Notes under the pieces: generated by a model
Databases searched by the model: none
Seen by the model: the letters and a program-made list of their open reading frames with translations, nothing else
Told to the model about the DNA's origin: nothing
Program-made: the position numbers and the translations under genes
DNA from: Squalus acanthias
Lineage: Eukaryota
Direction of reading: 5' to 3'
DNA length: 64,000 nucleotides
Assembly (NCBI GenBank): GCA_030390025.1
Contig: CM059432.1
Location: 101,434,001-101,498,000 of the forward strand
Part shown: one piece after another, positions 49,951-61,941 of the stretch
Layout: the number at the start of each line of letters is the position of its first letter
Position numbering within the stretch: position 1 is the first letter of the stretch

Positions 49951-51475
49951 GGCTGCGATTTTGCCGGTGCTCGGAGGGCGGGTTTGGAGGCGGGTCAGAG
50001 GTTAAAGTCGTTCTGATTAACGGCGGGTTCCGCACCCGCCATTATCCCGCCTCCACAAAAGCTTCCCAAGTGTCAGGTCCCCGATTTGCGAATGGACCCG
50101 ACACCTAACGGCAGGAAACGGATTAAAGGCAATTAACTGCCTATTAACAGGTCCTTGTGAGCAGTTTTCAGCTCCTGGGTCGGGTTTTACGACGTCCGGA
50201 CAACACGCCAGGTAAGTGTGGCATGTTGTGAGTCTGGTCTGATGTTTGTGAAAAGATGACAGCTGCAGAAGTGGTGTCCAGGATGCTATGTTTCACATGG
50301 TGAGTTTCAGAGCAAAGAAAATGTTGGTTACTGCATTTTTAATACATATACAGCTTTCTTTAGCTTACAAGTTTTTAAATCCAACTGTATGTCCAGTGCC
50401 ACCTCATTGGGACAACCTCTCTCACCAGTGACAGATCGCTTCTGTCATCTCACCTGCAGCTGCCATCTATTCCAGCAACATCCGAGCCAATGAAACAATC
50501 AGACCTTGGTCCTCCGAATCCTTCCACAATCATCCCCAACACCAACATCACCAACCTTCGCCGCCATCACCTGATGCTGCACTGGACACAGGGCATCAGC
50601 CCCTGACAACATTGCTGGCCGGGAGGACAGCGATGGCATCACCATGCCAGACATTCTTCACTTGATGCTGTAAACTCTGGCTGCCACATGATGCACCAGG
50701 TTGACACCATCCCACACCAGCACCGTGAAGCATCCCTTTAATATCCAAGCCATTCCATGCACACACATCACTATAGCGGGGGGGAGTTATGACTGAACAA
50801 TCACTGGAACTCAGTAAGACACTTCTCAAGGTGCGCTCAGATCTGTCCAGTGAGGGGCACTTTTTGAAAAAGAGATTTCACTGTATGACAACACATTACC
50901 AGAAACTTCACATGGACATTGGCTAAACCTTTCAAGTGCCCACCCTTGTGTGTTGTTAGTTGGTATGCTTGCTGTAGAATGAGGGTGAGTGTGAGGGGTG
51001 GCTAGTGAGATGGGAAAGTGATAAAGGAGATAGAGAGGGTTGGGTTTAGGTGCAAGGTAAGTTGGTGTCCTGGGGAGGTCTCTTCCGCCCTTGGAAGGGA
51101 AGAGAACCTCCCTGCGTACTGTGACTCCCTCCATAAGCATATGGAGGGAGTCATTGGAGAGTCTGGGTGCAAGAGTTCACCTTTGTGCAGTGATTGTCAG
51201 TGTTTTCAGCACCTCAATGCTGTCAAACACTGAAAAATCAACTGTCAAAATAAAATTGTGCATTGTCCCTTTAAGGAAACCAGCAGATGACGTGTCATCA
51301 AATGACGTCATCAGACCCACTTCCTGTTAATTGGCCGGTAAGCCCGTAGGGCGGGCTTAACAAGGCCAATCAAGGGAAAATCACATCTGCAGAGTGGAGG
51401 CAGCTGGGGGCGGGACTGGAACCCGGGGACCAACTGATCCGCCCCCATCCCGACACCACTGAGAAAATCGCGGCC
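49951..51475. mobile_element. Harbinger deletion derivative with Myb-like remnant on minus (about 51050-51200)
   Basis: TIRs GGCTGCGATTTT / AAAATCGCGGCC. Near-TSD TAC/TAT. LMEGVTVRREVLFPS resembles exon 1 of the Myb gene at 62213. Confidence 0.7.
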
Positions 51476-52254
51476 TATATCTTGATTTTCCGAGCTAAGA
51501 TCCTTTCTCTCTCTACTGTCTTTATCCCATCCTTTATTATCAGGGCTACCCCTCTTCCTTTTCCATTTTTTCTATCTCTTCTAAAAGGGAAATATCCTGG
51601 AATATTTAGTTCCCAACCTTGGTCACTCTGCAACCACGTCTCCATAATGGCTATTAGCTCCATCTGCTCCTGAGGCCTTGTTGTTCTCCAGTTGTCGGAT
51701 GGCCTTTTCAACCTCATGTTGGGCTGGGGTTGTGCTGAGATGGTGGTGGGTAGCATGCTGCGGGATGGAGTTGAGGACACTCGCGTTGAAGACAGAGTCT
51801 CGGTTAAGGAGATCTTCGAAGTGCTCCTTCCAGCGGGCACTGACTGCCTCTCTGTCCTTGGTGAGTACCTCTCCGTTCTTGGCCCGCAGTGGGGTAGGAC
51901 CTTGGGTGCTTGGGCCTTAGATGGTCTTGACTGCGCTAAAGAATCCATGCACGTTGTGGTTGTCGGCTAGCTGCTGGATCTCCTGCGCTTTCTCCACCCA
52001 CCATCTGTTCTTTAGGTCGCGAGTTTTTTGTTGGACCTCAGCCTTCAGGCGTCTATAGTGCTGCTTTCTTGCTCTCGAGTTGTGTTGCTGTTTCCAGATC
52101 AGGAATGCCTTGCACTTGCGGCTTATTAGTTCCTGGATCTCCTGGTCGTTCTCATCGAACCAGTCTTGGTGTTTCCTGGTCAAGTGACCGAGCGTCTCTT
52201 CACAGGTGCTGATTATGGAGGCCTTGAGTGCAGACCAGGCGCTGTGGACACTCT

Positions 52255-52543
52255 GGGCTGGATTTTGTCTTGGGGTCGGGTTGGGGTCGTGTTATCCGCA
52301 TTTCGTGTTCCCCACCCGACTCCAGATTAATGTGGATGAATGATGCAATTTTCACTTAATTGGGCAATTGAGTTCCAGCATGTGGGAACCCATGAACTAA
52401 TTAGTGGTTTCAGTCTGAAAGTCGCCTCTGATGATGTCATCATTGCTGACTGGTCTCAGAGATTGTCTGGCTGTTGGTGAGAGAGGAGCCTGGCTTTTGA
52501 TGTGAGTGGACCTGGATGGGGGTGGGGGGGAGAAGAGAGAGAC

Positions 52544-52620
<77 letters not shown>

Positions 52621-53089
52621 CAGAGAGACAGAGAGACAGAGACAGAGAGAGAGAGAGCATTTTTTGCATCCAAGTCCTCTCACAGCAAGGCCAGGCAGTC
52701 TCTGAAGACATTCAATGCAGCAGCATCAGAGGCGACTTTCAGACCTAATACTACTACCTTCATCACATCTCTGCTGTAATAGTGGACCTGCAGCTGATAG
52801 TCAGCTATCCACTTGTGCTCCCGCCAGGTTTCACTGGAGTGTTTCACACCAGGCGTACTTCACGTCAGAAAAGGGTTAAACTAGCTACAGCGTTTCAAAA
52901 TGGCATTACAGAGCCAATTTAGGGCTTGTTAAGGGCTTTAATGGCCTCTCCCGCCTCTTGGAGGCGGGACGGAGTCGGGAACGCCACGACTGATTTTGAG
53001 TCGGGATGGGGTCGGGATCCCCGACCCCGCAAATTTAACCCCCCACACGCCTCCAAACCCGACTCCATGGGTCATTCAAAATCCAGCCC
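52255..53089. mobile_element. Harbinger-like MITE nested in the RTE
   Basis: Perfect 12-bp TIR GGGCTGGATTTT. TSD TCT. Same family as 7963-8618. Confidence 0.92.
52530..52657. repeat. (GA)n/(GAGACA)n microsatellite
   Basis: Directly visible. Confidence 0.98.
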
Positions 53090-55553
53090 TCTGTGTCTCT
53101 GCATCACTGGGAGTCGTCGGGTTGTTTGTGAGGCGCAGGCTGAATAGGGCTTTCTTAGCAGGGTCTTTGAGTGCTCCAGCGTTGATTTTCCTGCGGCATT
53201 GCTTCTGTTGCTGCCGCTGTTTTGCGGCTACATTGATGGAGATGACAGAGCGGATTCGGCGGTGGTCTGTCCAGCAGTCATCAGCTCCTGTCATGGCGCG
53301 GGTGATGCGGATGTCCTTCCGGTCCCTCGCTCGGACGATGATGTAGTCCAGCAGATGCCAGTGCTTGGAGCGAGGGTGCTGCCATGAAGCCTTGTACTTG
53401 TCTCTCTGACGGAACAAGGTGTCAGTTATGACAAGGCCATGTTCTGAGCATTTCGACAGGAGGAGGGTACCGTTGGAGTTGGCTTTCCCTACCCACTCTC
53501 TGCCGATCACACCTCCCCAGAGGTCTGTGTCCTTTCCAACTCTGGCGTTAAAGTCGCCGAGGAGGATCAGATGTCGCCCGTTGGGACTCGGGACAGGGAT
53601 TGTTCGAGGCTGGAGTAGAATTCCTCTTTAGTCTCGTCTGTGGCTTTCAGTGTTGGGGCGTACGCACTGAAGACTGTAGTGCACTGGTTCTGGGCTATGG
53701 TGAGCCGCAGAGTCATGAGGCACTCGTTTATACCGCTAGGAGAATCTCTGAGATGCCTAACTAGTTCATTTTTTATGGCGAAGCCTACCCCATGGAGGCG
53801 GCGTTCTTCTTCAGGTTTGCCTTTCCAGAAGAAGGTGTAACCACCACCTTGCTCCTTGAGCTGGCCTTCCCCTGCCCGCCGGGTCTCACTTAGGGCGGCA
53901 ATGTCAATGTCAAAGTGTCTGAGTTCCTGGGCAACGATAGCAGTACGGCATTCCGGTCTGTCATTGTTGGGTTTGTCCATGAGGGACAAGGTCTCAGGAG
54001 CAGATGGAATCCCTGCCGAGGCACTAAAGAATGGTGGAGAAGCACTACTGGCGTGAATTCATGAACTCATTTCTCTTATCTGGAAGGAGGAGAGCATGCC
54101 AGGGGATCTCAGAGATGCCATAATTGTGACCATCTTCAAGAAAGGTGACAAGTCCAATTGCAGTAATTACAGAGGAGTTTCCCTGCTGTCTGCCACAGGG
54201 AAAGTCATCACAAGAATCCTCCTCAATCGCCTTCTCCCAGTGGCCGAAGAGCTCCTCCCAGAGTCGCAATGTGGATTCCGCCCACTAAGGGGCACAATGG
54301 ACATGATCTTCACCGCGCGTCAATTACAAGAGAAATGCAGGGAACAGCACCAACCGCTGTACATGGCCTTCTTTGATCTCACAAAGGCCTTCGACACTGT
54401 CAACCGTGAGGGATTATGGAGAGTCCTCCTCAAAATCGGCTGCCCTCAAAAGTTTGTCACTATCCTCCGCCTGCTTCACGACAACATGCAAACCGTGATC
54501 CTGACCAACAGTTCCACCACAGACCTAATTCATGTACGGACTGGGGTCAAGCAAGGCTGTTGTCGTACCAACGCTCTTCTCGATCTTCCTTGCTGCAATG
54601 CTCCAGCTCACCCTCAATAAACTCCCCACTGGAGTGGAACTAATTTACAGAACAAACGGGAAACTGTTCAACCTCCGTCGCCTCCAGCCCAGATCCAAGG
54701 TCGTCCCATCCTCTGTCATCGAATTACAGTATGCAGACGATGCTTGCGTCTGCGCTCACTTGGAGGTCGAACTCCAAACCATCGTCAACACCTTCACCGA
54801 AGCATACGAGAGCATAGGCCTTACACTAAACATCCGTAAGACAAAGGTCCTCTACCAACCTGCCCCCGCCACACAGTACTGCCCCCCGATTATCAAAATT
54901 CACCGTCTGCCCTACCTGTGACAGAGACTGTAGGTCCCGCATTGGACTCATCAGTCACCTGAGAACTCATTTTTAACGTGGAAGCAAGTCATCCTCAGTT
55001 CCAAGGGACTGCCTAAGAAGAAGAAGATTAGCTCAAACCCATTTATTTCTACCTGTGCTATGAATTCATCTATTTTGTTGCAAAGGCAGATATAGTGCCT
55101 TTAGCTTGAGCTTTTTTCTATATTTCCCTGATGTCACCACAGTCTCTAATGCCCTGTTACCTTTGTTAAGCTCGCTGTCCCTTCCTGACCCATTCTGCTT
55201 ATTTTTACCTAAATTGCTACTCGGCTCTACGGCCTTGACATTTCTCTCACTGCTTTTGAATTTACCCTTTCCTGAATCCTCCCACCCGCTTCATTAGTTT
55301 AAAGCCCTATCTATTGCCCTAGTTATGCAATTCACCAGGACACTGTTCCCAGCCTGGGTTAACTGGAGACCATCCCAACAGAATAGCTCCGTTTTTCCTC
55401 AGTACTGGTGCCAGTGCCCCATGAACTGAAACCCGTGCCTCCCACACCATTCTTTCAGCCATGCATTTAACCGTGTAATCAGTTTGTTCCTATGCCAATT
55501 TGCCTGTGGCTCAGGTAACAATCCAGAGAGTATTACCTCTCTTGGACGTGGTC

Positions 55554-55714
55554 CAATGTTCCCTTTAATTTTTTTTTGGGTGCGTGGCCCCTATAAGGGG
55601 CTGCACGGCCCATTCAAATTTCCACGCATGGTTTTTCCCCATTGTGAAGCTGGCAAGCGGCCTGCGCGGGACCTCCAGAGCACCGTGCAGCCATACAGCT
55701 TAACGGGAACATTG
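55554..55714. mobile_element. hAT-superfamily MITE (161 bp)
   Basis: TIRs CAATGTTCCCTTTAA / TTAACGGGAACATTG. Perfect 8-bp TSD ACGTGGTC. Confidence 0.9.
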
Positions 55715-56205
55715 ACGTGGTCAGTTTTGTGGGAAGAAATTCATTCGCGCGGAGTTTTTGGTATATTGTAGCTACATGGAGACCAAAGAGGAGACTTTGG
55801 TGTATTGTAGCTACATGTGTAACTCATTTACACCCAAATTTCCACAGAATTGGTTTGCGGCCAGCTTGTGAAGCAAACTCCAGGCCTAGATGTTTAAAGA
55901 TGCCCTGTCTTCAAGAAAAAGTGTTTGGTAAATCGTGAATAAGTTTATAAACATGAATAAGCCAAACAATACTTTTGTCACTATAATGCTACATTCAGGC
56001 GGATCAGTGATTAGTTTCAATGAATTCGCATGAATGCACTCTGTGTCTGACAAACAATAAAATCTTTCGTAGCCACAATTTCTTCTCAAACAGAATAAAT
56101 GAAAACTGAATTTATAGCCACAGATTGAGCTGATTTGCATTTATTGCAGAAAATCCAAATTTGATTCCGTATGGACTAATTCAGATTTAGATAAATATAA
56201 TACTA

Positions 56206-56292
56206 CAACAACAACAACAACTTGTACTTATGTAGCGCCTTCAATGTAGTAAAACGTCCCAAGGTGCTTCACAGGAGTATTAAAAAGACAAA
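56206..56292 (-). mobile_element. L2 (or L2-tailed SINE) 3' end with (TTG)n tail
   Basis: (CAA)n followed by CTTGTACTTATGTAGCGCCTTCAATGTAGTAAAACGTCCCAAGG, matching the region at 39790. Confidence 0.75.
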
Positions 56293-57926
56293 AAATTAAT
56301 AGCTTGAAAAGAAGTAATACACATAGAAAGATAAAGGGGTAGAAGTCAGACTCGGAGCTGCAGAAGTAGTGTGCGTCTGAATCAAGAGGCCCATGGATTG
56401 ATAGAAATTGGTCCTCATTCCTCCTCTGAATAATTGGGGTGAGTTGCTGGCACCCAATGGGGAAAAACAATGTCGAAATCTCCTGCCTTGCCGGCAGCCG
56501 CCCTCAGGTAAGTCCTGGGAGGGGTTTAGACCCTTAGAGGAAAGGTTCTCAAACTTATGTTTCGTTGGCAGCAGCAAGGGCGGCTAAAGAATCCTGAGTG
56601 CGAACTAATCCTGAAAAGGGGTCCTTAAACTGGCGTTAGACCCCTCATTAACTTAACATGATGCCTACAAAATGTGTCCCACTAATTTAGCAATGGGACC
56701 AACACCTGCGTAGATTGGGCACAGGCCGTCCCACTGCTAGATTGGTATAAAATTGATATGCTTTGTGCCTGTTTTATGCCCACATGCACACCAATTTCTA
56801 CACCAAAAGGTCTCCCTCCAAATGTACAGTCATTGAAGGTTTACATCCACAGTGGCAGCTAATAGCTGCAGATTGATCCACAACCGTTATTAAACCGTTG
56901 TTTTAATATATGTGTATTGTTTGGGGCGGTTTTTCCTGATCATTGACCATCTAAAATTGGCAGAGCTTGGGGGGGCAGGAGGCATGAAGATATGCATTTC
57001 GTTCATGGCAGATCTGGAGCAAGAGGTTTCGATATGCACCTAATTCTCACTAGCCTGAAGATGGTATAAATCTGAAGCCCCGTTAAACTGCTGAAAGTAG
57101 TTTCCTGTCTTGCCAGAATTGTTTGAACATTCATCGTTTGGATTAGGACGTGAATTCAGAGGATCTGAATTTCGATATCTACAAATCTAAAATTTTCATC
57201 CAGTAATAACCATTTCAAACACCAAACAGTAGCTGTTGTCAATTAGCTGCTTCGAGAGATAATTGAACTGTGGATTTTCTTACTTGTACATGAAGTTCAA
57301 AAGTCATACATAAGCAATCTGTTAGTGGAAAAATCAATGCAAAATGGCAAAGAATACCCCAAACTTAAATACTGCAGTCGTTCCGTAACTTAATCAAATT
57401 CATCGAGAATGCACTAAAGCCAACCATGTGAAGCTGACTGGGTAACTCATGGGTGATGAGATGACAGGTGAGTTATGGCTAGCTCATTAGCAGACGTATT
57501 CATAAATCACAACTGATGAAAGCATATTATATTTCTAAGACTTACTATAACTTTGAACTGCAAATAAATTCTTCCCCCCTTTTCTGAGATTGCTGACTCA
57601 CATTTGTGCACAGCATCATTGGTGCCGGCAGCCCTCTATAAATTCCAAGCCTCCATTTACATCCCTGCCTCCAGTAATTTACTCCACAGACTACAGACAT
57701 CAAAATATAAGGGTCACCAGCCATGATAGTGCTACAGGCCTCAGCTACAAAGAACAGCTGGCAACACATTGGGTTCCCTTGCCTGTAGAAAATATTGTTT
57801 TGTACATTTTGAAAAACAAATCCTTACTCACTTCTGTACCTCAGACCATCAGATAAAACATATATATGTATCTCTAATTATTATGCATCTCCCCTATTAC
57901 AATGAAGAATGTCATGTAAAGTTAAA

Positions 57927-58668
57927 GGGGGAAAAATTCAGTTGATTTGCGCATCCCGTTAGAGGGCGCTAACGGGGCGCAAAGCAACTAGCGCCTGGGC
58001 GCGGCACTGCTAACGCCTCCCGCGAAATTCAGCGGGAGATTAGTGGTGGCGGTAACTGTAGGTGCCCCGTGGCGCAGCGCCGTCAGTGATGATGTCATCG
58101 CCGATCGCAGCGCCCCACTTGCGCCCCGGCTGCGATCTTCGGTAGCGCCCCCAGACTTACCGCTGGACGCTATGTCCGACAGGGTCGGGGGGCCTACCTG
58201 CGGCCAGGTCAGCACGAATTAAAGGGAAGGTGCTGGGCGGCCATTTTTGTTGCTGGCCACCTGCCAGCACCTGCCCGCTCTGCCGTCCCCGGCCTTCTGT
58301 GCAGCCCCCCCCGCGGAGTGCCGGCTGTGCTCCGTGAGCCCGGCACTTCTCTTGAGTGCCGGGCTCTATTGGTGGCACTCCGATCCCTGGTGGCCCAGCT
58401 GGGCTCCGGGTTCCGCTGCGCTAGGCCCCTCCCCTTTAATAAGGGGAGGAAGGCCTGCAGTACTGCGGCGCGCTGCGGCATGTCACGCCACGATATTCAC
58501 TCACAGCGCCCCAAGAGGGAGGCGAGACGCTTCCAGTAGCGCCCCGCCTCCCTCTTGGGGCGCTACCGGTGAATTTCGGGCGCTGGGGCGCTAACTTTTT
58601 GGGGGGGCCAAAAGTAGCCCCCCGGCGAAGTTAGCGCCCCAAAGGGGGCGTGACCCAATTTTCCCCCC
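57927..58668. mobile_element. Harbinger-like MITE
   Basis: TIRs GGGGGAAAAATT / AATTTTCCCCCC. TSD AAA. Related to 741-1633. Confidence 0.85.
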
Positions 58669-58859
58669 AAAGAAAACAGCACTAATGATGCAAAGAGCAG
58701 TCTTGCATGCAAACAGAAGTCCAAATTGAAGACGACTTTGGGTGTATAGGAGTCAATCCAAAGCTGCCTTCTTTGAGTCTCTTTTCACCTCTGTGCAGAG
58801 TGGACCTGGCTCTTAGGAGATCAGTGATGAAGATGAAAGATATATTTGGATGCCTTACT

Positions 58860-60073
58860 GTTGAAGAGGCGACTAAAGTAGTGGACAGGGGAATGTCAAT
58901 GGATGTTATTTATATGGACTTCCAGAAGGCATTCGATAAAGTCCCTCATAAGAGACTGTTAGCTAAAGTTGAAGCTCATGGAATTGAAGGAAAATTATTG
59001 ACCTGGTTAGGAAATTGGCTAAGCGGCAGTAGACAGACAGTAGGGATAATGGGCAGGTGCTTTAATTGGCAGGATGTGATTAGTGGTGTCCCGCAGGGAT
59101 CTGTGTTGGGGCTTCAACTATTCACAGTACTTAGTAACGACTTAGAGGATGGGATAGACAGCCACATATCCAAGTTTGCCGATGACACAAAGGTGGGTGG
59201 CATTGTTAGCAGTGTAGATGGAAGCATAAAATTACAAAGAGATATTGACAGATTAAGTGAATGGGCAAAACTGTGGCAAATGGATTTCAATGTCAGCAAG
59301 TGTGAGGTCATCCACTTTGGACATAAAAAGGATAGAACAGTGTACTTTCTAAATGGTGAAAAGTTAGAAACAGAGAAGGTCCAAAGAGACTTAAGGGTTC
59401 ATATACATAGGTCATTAAGATATCTTGGACAGGTCTGGAAAATAATCAAAAAGGCGAATGGAACGCTGGCCTTTATATCTAGAGGACTAGAATACACGGG
59501 GGTAGAAGTTATGCTGCAGCTGTACAAAACCCTGGTTAGATCACATCTGGAGTACTGTGAGCAGTTCTGGGCACCACACCTTAGGAAGGATATATTGGCC
59601 TTGGAGGGAGTGCAGCATAGATTTACCAGAATGATACCTGGACTCCAAGGGTTAAATTACGAGGCGAGATTACACAAACTAGGGTCTGGAAATCCCAGGA
59701 ATTTAGAAGATTAAGGGGTGATTTGATCAAAGTTTTCAAGATATTAAGGGGAACAGATAGGGTAGATAGAGAGAAACTATTTCTCGGAAACTAGGACTAG
59801 GAGACACAGCCTAAAAATTAGAGCCAGACTTTTCAGGAGTGAAGTTAGGAAACATTTCTATTTGCAAAGGGGAGTAGAAGTGTGGAACTCTCTTGATGCT
59901 AGGTCAATTATTAATTTTAAATCTGAAATTGATAGATTCGATAACTAAAGGTATTAAGGGATATGGGCCAAAGGCGGGTATATGGAGTTAGGTCACAGAT
60001 CAGCCATGATCTCATTGAATGGCAAAACAGGCTCGAGGGGCTAAATGGCCTACTCCTGTTCCTATGTTCCGAT
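58860..60073 (+). mobile_element. 5'-truncated CR1 (RT and 3' end)
   Basis: YMDFQKAFD, GVPQGSVLG, KFADDTK and a CCTATGTT tail. Confidence 0.92.
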
Positions 60074-60127
60074 GAATGCGAAACTCCAAATAGATTCAGA
60101 CACTGAGAGTGGGCTAATTAACACATA

Positions 60128-61148
60128 GGCTGGAATTATCCCCTAAAAAAACAGGTGGGTTTGGAGCGTGGGGGTAGTTAAAGTGTTAAAAATGGGATTC
60201 TCGACCTGATCCCGCCTCCAACCCGATGGAGGCGGAACGGGGGCAGGCAACCAACCCGCTCCCGGGGGCACAACGTCAATTTAAATATTATAATGAGGCC
60301 GGAAGCCTCTTTTTTAACCTCTATTTTGAATTTAACTGCAATTTAACCTGGCAGTTAAACAGAGGCGGGTACTGCTGCATCCAGGAGGTAAGTGGCTTTC
60401 TACCTACCTCCTGCATCCAGGATCCCTGCCTAACCCACCCCCCCCGTGATTGGAGGCCCCCCTCCCACCGTGCCACCGATCGCCTTCCCAGGCCCCCCCT
60501 GCCCCCCCCCCCGAGGCCTCTGATCCCCACCATGATGCCACCCCCCACCGATGATGCTGAGGCTGGCCACAATCCTTCGGTGGCCAGCCCCGATCCTCTC
60601 TCCCGTCCCCGGCTGACCCCCCCGATTCTCCGGTTCTTCCCTGGCTGACTCCAATCCCCGATCCCTGGCCGCACCCCGCCCCCGCGATCCCCAACCCCCT
60701 CCGCTGATCCACGAACCCCGGCCGACTCCCGCTCCGCCGATCCTCCAACACCCAATCCCGCTGATCCTGACCCCCCCCCATCCCCGATCCTGCCCTCCCG
60801 CAATCCACGATCCTCCCCTGCTGATCCCCGACCCCCCCTCCCCTGCCGATCCCCGACCGAGCCAGCTGATCCCCGAATCCCCCTCCCCTGCCGATCCCCG
60901 ACTGAGACAGTCAATCCCCAACCCCCTGCCCCCCGCGATCCATCCCCCAGACCAACCCCTCGCTCCCTCTCTGCATCTGCAGGCCTACCCGCCCGCAGCG
61001 AGCCAGCTTCTCAGGCTGGCTGGCCGCAGGCGGGAATCCGAGGCCTCACATGTAAATCAGGCCCTGCCATTAAAGCCGGCCATCGGGTTTCCCACCCGCC
61101 TCGGAGGCCCCCCGCCCCTTACCCGCTTACCTGGAGAAAATTCCGGCC
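60128..61148. mobile_element. Harbinger-like MITE with internal C-rich minisatellite
   Basis: TIRs GGCTGGAATT / AATTCCGGCC. TSD ATA. Confidence 0.8.
60430..60965. repeat. Degenerate CCCC-GATC minisatellite (G-rich on minus)
   Basis: Many CCGATCCCC-like units. Confidence 0.85.
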
Positions 61149-61941
61149 ATAGCTCTTTATCAGTAGTTCAGTAACAAACAATTGCAAGTCTGGCCATTTA
61201 CTTACAAAAGGGATTGCCATTGTGCTCCGAGAACGACCGTGATCATGCACCTGACGATAGCGCTCTGCTGAGATCCTTACACGATGCAGGGCTCTTTGAA
61301 ATAGAGAATTCACAGACCCTCAGGTCCCTCACATAATTAAAGTTAGTACACATAAGATTCTAATTATTCATTAGCTCTCCAGACTGATACATTTCTTTAT
61401 CTAAACCAGACTTTTCCAGTCCTTATTTCGCTCTAGAGTCTGATGTCTGACTTCTTTCGCTGCGTCAGCACTTACTCTCCTGTCCATCATTCCATCCCTA
61501 TTCCTCATCGGTCAACTCTTCTCCACCCCACTAATATTCAGTATTTAACACCCATTCACATTCTAATTGATAATTTACTGTTTCTACTCTAAATTGCAGC
61601 TACAGACTTTCGGTGTCTTTTCAATCCTGTATCTAGTGCAAGCACAGTGAAGGTAGTCCAGTGGAAGTAGTCCCCTAACAAACCCCTCCCCACCCCTCAC
61701 CCCCATAATCATATCCCTATTATATCCTACCATTATAAGGTTTACATTTACACTGTAGAAGTGATGAGTAGTTACACTTTGCGACTGTTAAGTAGGAATT
61801 GGACGACAAGTTTCATCCCAGAATTAATTCAATATCATAAGGATGTTAGGGCCAGTTTCAGGACCCTTAAAATGCTCCAAAAAGTCAAAACAAAAAATTA
61901 TTACATGACCTCCTGTGATGTCATGCAATAATAGAGATAAC

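Larger units (their letters stand above)
51661..55026 (+). mobile_element. RTE-clade LINE with inverted 5' part (51661-53985, minus) and sense 3' part (53986-55026), with an internal deletion near 54903
   Basis: Endonuclease (DIAALSETR, SAYAPT, GDFNARVG, WTDH) on minus. RT (NYRGVSLL, QCGFR, FDLTKAFD, GVKQG, YADD) on plus. CPTC..H..H end and (AAG)n tail. TSD ATTAGCTC at 51653-51660 and 55027-55034. Confidence 0.92.
47707..55540 (-). mobile_element. Old CR1 LINE fragmented by insertions (pieces 47707-47857, 49625-49950, 51476-51660, 55027-55540)
   Basis: On minus: RVLKEVATEI..DWKVANV, GNKEMAETLNKYF, IMETWLQ..WELNIPGY, and the ORF1 end HWHQY..DGLQL..RALN*. Confidence 0.8.

Noticed and set aside
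52397..52779. ER/SL-repeat ORFs
   Set aside because: These are translations of a (GA)n microsatellite.
58707..59714. 335-aa RT ORF with a novel N-terminus as a domesticated gene
   Set aside because: Flanking DNA is in frame with a truncated CR1 by chance, and the ORF ends at a deletion/frameshift.
60226..60921. Gly/Pro-rich ORFs
   Set aside because: They arise from a stop-poor GC minisatellite.
61160..61325. CpG-containing open frames on both strands
   Set aside because: No convincing acceptor/donor pair and no recognisable protein.
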